DNA from: Eledone cirrhosa
Taxonomy: Eukaryota
DNA: 64,000 nt
Reading direction: 5' to 3'
NCBI GenBank assembly: GCA_964016885.1
Contig: OZ024745.1
Span: 126,976,001-127,040,000, forward strand
Below the pieces are notes generated by a model. The model was not told where the DNA came from. It did not search any database and saw only the letters and a list, made by a program, of their open reading frames with translations. The translations under genes were made by a program, and so were the position numbers. Below, in pieces: positions 53,093 to 64,000 of this stretch (its first letter is position 1; each line of letters opens with the position of its first letter).

Positions 53093-54249
53093 CACTGTCC
53101 CTCTACCACCGCGCCCTAGGCCCAGAGCTCAATCATCCTCCCCCTCCCCATTGTGACACTACAGTCTTTACCATCCCCTTCCCTTTCTTATTCTCCTTTC
53201 CTATCTTACATTCCATTCTTCTCAATCTAAATGTTCATTTTTTTCTTTTTCTATTACGTAGATATAAAAAAGAAAGATAAAAATAAAATTAAGTAATGAG
53301 AAGGAAAAAAGGGAAAGGGCTAAAGAAAGGCAGATCTGGATGTATGAGAAAGTAGAGGAAAGGAATATAAATATAGACAGAAATACTAATAAATGGGGTT
53401 ACTGCTTTTTTCCTTTTACTTTTCTTTTCTTTGCCTGACAATATCTTCAGGGCTTTGAATTATTTTCTGAAAATCAAGACATTTTTTGGACGGGGTCTTT
53501 GCGTATTTCTCCGATTAACACGCAAATTATAATAAAGTGGGCGCTAATATACTTGATGTAGTATGCCAAGAAATTCTAATTAATTAAAATTACATCCTTA
53601 TTGTCGAGAACCATCATTTTTTAATGACTAACTCTGGTAAAAAAGGGGGGAGGAGCAAGTGGAACACACCGAAAATCTAATTAATTAATTAATTAATTAA
53701 GGTTAATTAACAATGGAATGCAATGCAGAGTGATTTTGATTTGAGATTTCTATGGATCTACGATATGTTTATTACATATATTTAAGATAAAGATATAGAT
53801 AGGCGCGTGGGCTAGTCGTAGGGGTGTTGGACCTACGATCATAATGTCGTGGTTCGATCCCTGGGCTGGATTGTGTGCTGAATTCTTGAGCAAAAAATTT
53901 AATTTCAGCTGAAAATGAGTGCCAGCAATAGCTGGGGATTTAACACGGCAAAAATGTTTAGCGAGTTTATTATATATTAGATTTAATCGTACAAATTTGT
54001 TTAAAACTAATGTCTCAAGGGTCAGTATTGTGTCTCAGTAATGTATCTCTCTGAGGATTGGGCCCTTGGCAGGTGCTTAGTTGGCTTCATGGTAGGCCTC
54101 AAATCAACCGTGGTCAAGCATTTCGACCGTGATTACCAATCTTTTATTGGGTGTGTATTTATTTATGTATGTATAACTTCTGGAAAGAAGAGGAAATGCG
54201 TGACATCCGGACGAGTATCCTCTAACTAATTTACCCCCCCCCCCCGCCA

Positions 54250-54432
54250 CTGGGTCCCAGCCGTCAGGACAGGGAAAACATTGCTCTGGAGGATGGTGAG
54301 GGAGACGCGCAGGAACAGCGACTCAACCTCGCGGGGCTCGCACCTGCGAGAAGCCAGCTTCGCTCTGATATCAGTGAGTAGGGATTTAGTCCGGGTACCA
54401 ATAACGTTGGAAATCTCCATTACTACAGGCTC
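54250..54432 (-). mobile_element. CRE-type 3' end, inverted copy
   Basis: ORF 54226-54438 encodes EPVVMEISNVIGTRTKSLL...LASRRCEPREVESLFLRVSLTILQSNV. Confidence 0.75.
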
Positions 54433-54677
54433 TACCACAAACCTGTGAGAGAGCGGCCGATACTTAGACAGTTTGCCTTCTTCGGCCTGGTGGGCAACAG
54501 AGCAAGTGTAACAGCATGTAGCATCCCAGATGAGAGTTTTACTCCTGTGGAACGGGAAGATTGTCCTACATAGTAGGGCACTTTGGTTACTGAATCTAGC
54601 AGGTCAAGCAACAATCTATAGAGATATCCTGTGCCAAGGTTGCTGCATGTGTTTGTATTATTGTTGCATTTCCCGAG

Positions 54678-55762
54678 GGCGGTGGATAAGATAGTTGGGG
54701 GATTGGCAGTATCAATAGAGCGTCAGATACTATGCTTTACAGCATAGAGTTATGGCCCTTTACATTCTGAGTTCAAATCCCACCGAGGTCATCTTTACCT
54801 TTCATCCTTACGGGATCGATAAAATAAAGCACCAGTAATGTACTGGGGTCGATTTAACCCCTCAAATTGCTGGCCTTCTGCCTAAAGTAGAAACAATTAT
54901 TGTTGCATTTTCTAAGGGCGTGGATTGATAGTATCGGTAGAGCGTCTGGTCAACAAGCTTTGTAGCATTGAGTTACAACCCTTTACGTTCTGAGTTCAAA
55001 TCCCGCCGAGGTTAGCTTCACCTTTCAACATTACGATGTCGATAAAATAAAGTACCAGTAACGTACTGGGATCGATTTACTCGACTTTATCTTACCTTTA
55101 TCTTCCAAAATTGTTGGCCTTTTGCCTGGTGGATTGGCAGTATCGGTAGAGGGTCGGACGCCATGTTAGGGCAGTGGATTGGCAGTATCGGTAGAGGGTC
55201 GGACGCCATGTTAGGGCGGTGGATTGGCAGTATCGGTAGAGGGTCGGACGCCATGTTAGGGTGGTGGATTGGCAGTATCGGTAGAGGGTCGGACGCCATG
55301 TTAGGGCGGTGGATTGGCAGTATCGGTAGAGGGCCGGACGCCATGTTAGGGCGGTGGATTGGCAGTATCGGTAGAGGGTCGGACGCCATGCTAGGGTGGT
55401 GGATTGGCAGTATCGGTAGAGGGTCGGACGCCATGCTAGGGTGGTGGATTGGCAGTATCGGTAGAGAGTCGGACGCCATGCTAGGGTGGTGGATTGGCAG
55501 TATCGGTAGAGGGTCGGACGCCATGCTAGGGTGGTGGATTGGCAGTATCGGTAGAGGGTCGGACGCCATGCTAGGGCGGTGGATTGGCAGTATCGGTAGA
55601 GGGTCGGACGCCATGCTTTCTAGCAGAGTTACATCCCTTTACGGTCTGAGTTCAAATCCCGCCGAGGTTAACTTTGCCTTTCATCCTTACGGGGTCGATA
55701 AAATAAAGTACCAGTAATGTACTGAGTAATTGCTGGCCTTGTGCCAAGAGTAGAAACAACTA
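54678..55762 (+). mobile_element. Three head-to-tail SINE-A copies, the last with an amplified head
   Basis: Copies start near 54678, 54915 and 55128. TTGTTGCATTT recurs near 54661, 54900 and 55764. Confidence 0.88.
55128..55616 (+). repeat. 45-bp tandem repeat x11 of the SINE-A 5' head
   Basis: Unit GGTGGATTGGCAGTATCGGTAGAGGGTCGGACGCCATGYTAGGGY. Confidence 0.95.
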
Positions 55763-56004
55763 ATTGTTGCATTTTCTGTTTGTGTTGAGGTTGATAGCAA
55801 CGACGAATGAGTGGAGTGCATTGGTATAACAAGATTTAACTATAGGCTACAGCTGAAACCAAATATTGTTTATCTGAGAGGAAGGTCGGATGTAGTCAAG
55901 TGAACACCATAACTGCAAATGAAAACAGTGCAACAACGAAATTAAAGAACAATAATAACAGTGATATTAATAAAAATAATATTTTTTTTTCTGCATTATT
56001 CAAA

Positions 56005-56648
<644 letters not shown>

Positions 56649-57026
56649 TTCTAACACGGAAGCTGGTTGTGTTAGTAGTAGTAGATGAGGTCGGCGGCTG
56701 AGGCTATTGTGTTTGTCGACATTTCCAGTAGGGAAGTCTTACAAAGTCTATTAAACACTATAAAAACATTAGTTACATAGAGATGACTGCTTAGATAAAT
56801 GTTAGATAAATGTAATTATGTATCTGTGTGGATTGTAAAGTATATGTGAAAATATGTGCAAAATACATGCAAAATATATGTAAGAAGATTTACATATTAT
56901 TTCAAAGCATCCGACTAAAATTAATGTTAAGAATACTATATTAACAACATCATTTAGTGTTATCAAATGTGTGTAGGTTGCTTTCATTAACAACGGCTGA
57001 ACTAGTCTCTGGTCGTATGGTGATCA

Positions 57027-57929
57027 TCTATATATATAAAACTGGGATGTCTGTGTGTGTGTGTGAGTTTGAATCCCTAAAACTCGAGAACCACAAAACC
57101 GACTGTTTTCAAACTTTACACATGTAATATTTATGTTTCAGGGAGTGTTCTGTGCAAAAAAAATTTCAAATTTTCAATGACCTAAGGACCATATTGGGCG
57201 ATTTAGCGATCTCTCTCTATAATTCTTAGTCTTTCTCTTTTTAGATAGATACATACATATAACGTCGCGCCCTTATAATATTTGTCTGTATGTCTGACTG
57301 TATGCATTACGTCACTTCCCTGAGGATGTCTGTGTGTGTGTGTGTGAGAGTTTGAATCCCTAAAACTCGAGAAATACCCAACCGACTTTTTTCAAACTTT
57401 ACATGTGTATTACTTATGTTTCAGGGAGTGTTATGCACATAAAATTCAACGTTTTGATCCCCTAGGGCCCGCATTAGGTGAAAAAATGCGTTTTTTTCCA
57501 GGTTTTTATGGGTTTTTTGAGGCGTTACGTCAGACCGATTTCCTTGAAATTGTAACTATGTATTAGTCAGTCTCTTCTTCATACCGAGAGCAAAGAAAAT
57601 CCAACTTTTTTATGGCCTAGGGCCCGCATTAGGTGAAAAACTTCATTTTTTCAGCTTTTTAGGGCTTTTTGAGGCATTACGTCTAGCCGATTTTCCCGAA
57701 ATTTCAAGGCATATTATGCACATAAATGATCCCCTAGAACCCGCATTAGGTGAAAACCTGCATTTTTCCTGCTTCATCGAGGAAAATCTTAAAGATTATC
57801 CAGCCATCAGAGTATTTGGTTTATTTTCTTTACATATTGTCCAGGCATGCAGTTTTTCCACGATTAGGCCTGTTGGCGGCCCGCGCTCCAAAATACCTTA
57901 TCCCATGCAACGGCGGGTACCACTGCTAG
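57027..57929 (+). mobile_element. Non-autonomous Helitron with internal duplications
   Basis: Starts A|TCTATATATATAAAA and ends with a CCCATGCAACGGCGGG hairpin and CTAG|T. The 5' block repeats near 57324. CCGCATTAGGTGAAAA occurs three times. Confidence 0.85.
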
Positions 57930-58009
57930 TAGTGTATAAACTACGTCGAGAAATTCTTACACATTTGAATCATGTATACTTACAATGATAGTACACTTGC
58001 ATATATAGA

Positions 58010-58945
58010 GTCACACACAGACACACACACACACTTACACACAAGCACACATATACAGACACACACAGACACACACACACACATGCACACTTACACACAC
58101 AAGCACACATATACAGACTCACACACTCACACACACATTTAAAAGCATACAAATGCACACACAGATACTCACACAGATACGCACACACAGCCACACATAT
58201 ACACACTCCCACACTCACACACGCACACTTACATACAGATATACACATACATTTACACGCACACGCACACACACACACTCATAGATACGCACACAGATAC
58301 TCACACACAGCCACACATATACATACTCATACACTCTCTCACACACAGATACACACACACACACTCACACAGCCACACATATACACATTCATACACACTC
58401 ACACACACACACACACACACACAGCCACACATATACACTCACGTACACACTCACACACATACATTTACACACACACACACACACTCATAGATACACACAC
58501 AGATACTCACACACAGCCACGCATATACACACTCACACAGGCACACTTACTCACACTCACACACAGATACACACACACTCACACACAGCCACACATATAC
58601 ACACTCATACACTCTCACACAGCTACACACATATACTCTCTCACAGATACACACACAGACACATACACTCACACACAGCTACACAAATACACTCTCATAC
58701 AGACATACACAGCCACACACAGCTACACTCATATACTCTCTCATACAGATACACACACACACATACACACTCACACACAGCTACACAAATACACATTCAT
58801 ACACACATACACAGCCACACACAACTACACTCATATACTCTCTCACACAGATACACACACACACATACACTCACACACAGCTACACAAATACACTCTCTT
58901 ACACACATACACAGCCACACACAAATATACTCATACAGACTCAGG
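58010..58945. repeat. Degenerate (CA)n tract
   Basis: Seen directly. Confidence 0.95.
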
Positions 58946-59175
58946 CATATCCATAATTAGTCATACAGAATACAAAGAAACATAAACTATGGTAAATGTT
59001 TAGAGAAAGCACGAAATATTGTACAGCCTTTATGGAAGAGTTTAGTGCAGATCTTGGGCTGACTTGTTATATCTGTCTTCCACCCTGAAATCTCTAGGGG
59101 TTGTCAGCCTACAACCAATGTATCCTCTTCTATATAAAGGTTTTTAGTCACAAATCCAGCAATTTGGGAGGAAAG

Positions 59176-59220
<45 letters not shown>

Positions 59221-59590
59221 AGAGAAGAAGATAAAAATAAATAAATAAATAAATAAATAAACAGATAAAATAAAAATGGCGTAGATATAACAGGAGGAAC
59301 ATAATAGTATCACTGATGATGTTACTGATGATGTTACAGATGTGCAACGAAAGAACTTTGTTAGACTATATATATATATGTGTTTATATCTATATTATAT
59401 CTGTATTTTTGACCGTTGGTCAGTCGATGGTAAATATTGAGGACCGAATGAATTAACTGTGGAGATATAAATGATACAGAAGCGAAAGCCAACCAAACAG
59501 TGAATGTGTTCTGTTATTATTTCTGGCAATATTATTACAACAATATGACCCTCCCCAAGTATAACAATATATATATATATATATATATAT

Positions 59591-60198
59591 GGTGGCTGCC
59601 AACTCGTTTTCGAGTACGGCCACTACTTTATATCCATGTAGGAGAACCCCTACCAATGCGCTGAACGAGTGTGACTTTTTAGTCCAGCCAGCGACTTGAA
59701 AACTCTGGTACAAACACTACACTTGTGACAATTATTGACACATAGTGCTGGGCCCATGGTACCATGTGACGACAAGTGCAGAGAGATCTCCAGATATAAA
59801 GCAATGCCTGTGCCGTGAAGCTTTTATAGTGAGCAAAGGCACTGCACAAAGCCAGTCCCACTCTCTTAACCAAGATGATATTTACCAAAAAGAAGAACAA
59901 GTCAACATCATTGGATACCATCAGAGTTGCAGGTGTTATATCAGAGTTTTCCTTCTCCTAGAATTCTGCCTTGACAAAGGCTAAGGGGTCATCTCTCCCG
60001 GTGATTTTGGATGGCCATTGACTCTTAAGAGCTCCTTTGCCCTTTGACAGGTTTTGTTTTTAGTCCTGCAGGATGTCCAAAGTCACCCTCCTCACCAAGA
60101 AACCTTGGTGGGGTTGCCAGTTTAGTCGCCAACGACCCGACCATGAGACAGGTTGTACTGGGATACATGTTACCAGTAGCACCAACTAGTGACCTGAC
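59591..60198 (-). mobile_element. Probable RTE-type LINE 5' UTR fragment between (TA)n tracts
   Basis: Minus strand contains TCTAGGAGAAGGAAAACTCTGA and GACTAAACTGGCAACCCCACC, motifs I recall from RTE 5' leaders. No coding signal. Confidence 0.45.
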
Positions 60199-61101
<903 letters not shown>

Positions 61102-61345
61102 AAATATTAAAAAAAAATAATGAATAAAACAACGAAACAGTTCCCCATATTAAACAAAAAAAAGTTCACCACCCAACGATCGCCTCCAGGACACATATGT
61201 GCTAGAACTGGCATGCATATTCAACAGATCCATGTACAAAATTATACAAACTATCAAAACCAAATACACACACCAAACACACACACATGCCGTTTTCAGA
61301 AATTATTTCTGAAGACGGCACATATATGTGCTTGGCATGCACATT

Positions 61346-61413
<68 letters not shown>

Positions 61414-61944
61414 CAGGGTGCGGACGATATTTGTTCGCAAGATTACTGTCAAGGAAAAAGTAACAGAGTAGTTTTATTTTTTAAGATATATTTATCAAAC
61501 TTGGGTCAGTTTGTCTTCATAACTTGTTCTTTCGATCTCACTCGATAAACCCGCCATTGGCTTTGATGGCGGCGGCCTCAAGGCGGCCTCGGAACCGGCT
61601 ACAGGCCTTCGTCACCGTCCCCGACTTAGGCCCCTAAAGGCACTTGTGATCCTGGCCTTCAGACCGTCTTTCGTATTGCAGCTAGATCTGTTGGTGTCTC
61701 GTTCCACTACGCCCCACACAAAGAAGTCGAGGGGGTTGCAGTCAGGCGAGCTGGGAGGCCAGATGTCAGGTGAAGTGTGGTCGATGAAGTCCTCTGACAG
61801 CAAGGCTTGGGTCTTTCGGCTGGTATGGAAGGGCGCTGAGTCTTGCTGCCACATGTACGGTCTACCTGCAGCTACCTGGTCGATCCAGGGCATTACAATC
61901 TCGCTCAGAACGCGGATATAGCAATCGGTGTTCAGCTTGAGGCC

Positions 61945-61947
<3 letters not shown>
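61414..61947 (-). mobile_element. Tc1/mariner DD37D (maT-type) transposon, 3' fragment
   Basis: ORF 61612-61893 has WQQDSAP...WPPSSPDCNPLD with 37 residues between the catalytic Asp residues. TA|CAGGGTG terminus at 61412. Confidence 0.92.
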
Positions 61948-61987
<40 letters not shown>

Positions 61988-61994
<7 letters not shown>

Positions 61995-62165
61995 ATACCG
62001 TATGACAGACGTAGCATTACCGGCAGAATTTACCAAAGACCACAGTGAGTGTGTTCCGTTATCATTTATGGCAATATTATTACAACAATATGACCCTCCC
62101 CAAGTATAACAATATTTGTTTCGACACACGATTTCATATCAAAAACCTTGCAAAACAAATATATA
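61988..62165. mobile_element. MITE-like element (TATTGTTATAC family)
   Basis: TATTGTTATAC...ATGACCCTCCCCAAGTATAACAATA. Internal part shared with 59500-59570. Confidence 0.6.
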
Positions 62166-62323
62166 TATATATAGGCTGCTGTCGTTTATTTATCAAATAT
62201 TTCTTCATAGGACCCTTTAATCTTATAGCCTGGTCTAATTGATTTTTTTATGTGGTTAATTATGGTAATTGGGAGAGGAAATTGTGTATATATTTTATCA
62301 AATGATTCTATGGACATACTTTA

Positions 62324-62398
<75 letters not shown>

Positions 62399-63076
62399 GT
62401 TATGCAAGAAATGCTTTGGATTATCCTGAATGCAGTAATGGTTAATTACTACACTAGTTAGAGTCGACGTACGGTGAGGGGTTACTCAAGGAGTTACAAA
62501 AGAACAGTTAAAGAAACTTGTTTTACGATTCTTCTATATTCCGGAGTGTAGATAAAGAATGATTAATAAAACAGGTAGACATCATAAAAAGGTAATTTAT
62601 TCCAAGTGTTTACAAATGTTTCTTTAGTAGTTACACAGCCTAGTCATGCTATATACAAATTGGTAGTTATTAATTTGCAGATACTCAATTTTCAAAAGCT
62701 GTTCGCACTACCAAATCTTCAGAACGAATGGTTGAATCATGGTTTCTTTATATTTCTTAAAGGGAGTAATTGGAGAAGATAGAGTAGAAAAGGAAGAGAG
62801 AAAGAAATGGAGAGAGAGAAAGAGAGAAGGAGAAAGAGAGAGAGAGAGAGAGAGAGAGCGGGGGGGGGGGGGCAGAGAAAAGTTAAGAGAAGGGGAAGGA
62901 AAGGCGATATACACCGAGTTGATAGTTGTAGTTTGCTGATCGTACTTAAGTATCCATTTATTACGATAAGCAAGGTACTGGTTAGTAGTGGGGGGGGGGG
63001 GTTATAGTTAGGAAGTAAGTATTGAGTGAAATTAGTTAGCGAGAAAGTGGTGTAGTAGTCTCGGGTTCATATTATG

Positions 63077-63121
<45 letters not shown>

Positions 63122-63123
63122 TA

Positions 63124-63372
63124 TGTAAAAGGTAGACAGAAATAACAACACAATCGGTACAGTATATGGAAGGGATATATTAGGTTAACGCTTGATATAG
63201 CAGGAAGAGGGTCTTAACGTTTCGGACGCTAGTCCTTCATCAGAAGAAAGAATGAGAAATAAGATAGATTGAGGGGACAGGCGGGATGGAATTGGAAAAA
63301 ATGTCTTTAGATAAAAATAACAGGTCCATTCATGTTGACATCTCTTGCAAAACTGTTGGTGCTGCCATTTTG
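63124..63372 (-). mobile_element. ~250-bp Penelope-like terminal repeat, copy 2
   Basis: Near-duplicate of 41340-41590. Ends at (TA)n and carries an intact hammerhead core. Confidence 0.7.
63212..63247 (-). ncRNA. Minimal type I hammerhead ribozyme
   Basis: Reads TCTT-CTGATGA-A-GGAC-TAGC-GTCC-GAAAC-GTT-AAGA. Conserved core, 4-bp stem II, stem I UCUU/AAGA, loop-less palindromic stem III ACGU and a GUU triplet. Confidence 0.75.
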
Positions 63373-63664
63373 TACCATATATCGAATGAAATAAACTTCA
63401 GTTTATATCAAACAGGTTGCTAAGCAAGTACAAAAGAACTACAGATTTTTATAGTTCTTATGCACTCAAATGGTACCAAAAATCTACACTTGTGTATGTT
63501 AGCAACATTTGTACTTACCCAGCTAACTTATTCTCATTAAATACCAGCGAGATCTACAAAGGAGCTGATAGGATTCTGATTTTTTTTTCAGAGTATTTAT
63601 TTTATACGGATTCCTAACTCAGCTGAGGAATGACAGTTGTTGCCAACTGATTCATTAGACAGGA

Positions 63665-63854
63665 GCTATAATACTAATAATCACCTACATAGATACATAT
63701 ACATATACACAAAACACACACAAGTTCACACACACATTATATATATATATATATGTATATATATATGTATAAATATACGTACACACACACACGCATATAT
63801 ATATATATATATATATTATATATGTATGTGTGTATATATATATATATATATATG

Positions 63855-63900
<46 letters not shown>

Positions 63901-63950
63901 TATATATATATATTAATATATATATATATTAATATATATATATATATATA

Positions 63951-63986
<36 letters not shown>

Positions 63987-64000
63987 CATACATATATATA
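63665..64000. repeat. (TA)n/(CA)n microsatellite running to the window end
   Basis: Seen directly. Confidence 0.95.

Noticed and set aside
52285-53095. His-rich and hydrophobic ~250-aa ORFs
   Set aside because: They come from low-complexity (GGT/GAT)n and GA tracts, with no domain signal apart from the CRE fragment on the + strand.
55087-55717. Repeat-protein ORFs on both strands (MASDPLPILPIHRP / MLGRWIGSIGRGSDA)
   Set aside because: These are a by-product of the 45-bp SINE-head repeat, whose length is a multiple of 3 and which lacks stops in those frames.

Overview
AT-rich, repeat-dense eukaryotic DNA. The SINE/MITE repertoire, RTE relics, (TA)n tracts and a large single-exon zinc-finger ORF suggest an octopus or other coleoid cephalopod; this is inferred, not proven. 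The only intact gene is a minus-strand 688-aa ORF with 23 tandem C2H2 zinc fingers (16322-18388). A dead hAT (Buster/Charlie-like) transposon lies just upstream of it. The rest is a stack of mobile-element relics: RTE, CR1, Ingi/Vingi-like and CRE-type non-LTR fragments, two tRNA-derived SINE families, a TTAA/piggyBac-type MITE family, three non-autonomous Helitrons, a DD37D mariner piece and four solo-LTR-like elements. There is also a 4.7-kb 38-bp satellite and several minisatellites. The most unusual observations are: (1) four dissimilar solo LTRs that all begin TGTA but none end in CA (three end TAAA); (2) one of them lies inside the intron of a degenerate tRNA-Tyr gene; (3) hammerhead-ribozyme motifs in ORF-less Penelope-like repeats; (4) a ~445-bp spacer-less palindrome; (5) a SINE whose A-box head is amplified 11 times; (6) five CRE-type 3' ends within 3.4 kb. 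All calls were made by eye and no database search was run. Boundaries of degenerate repeats are approximate.
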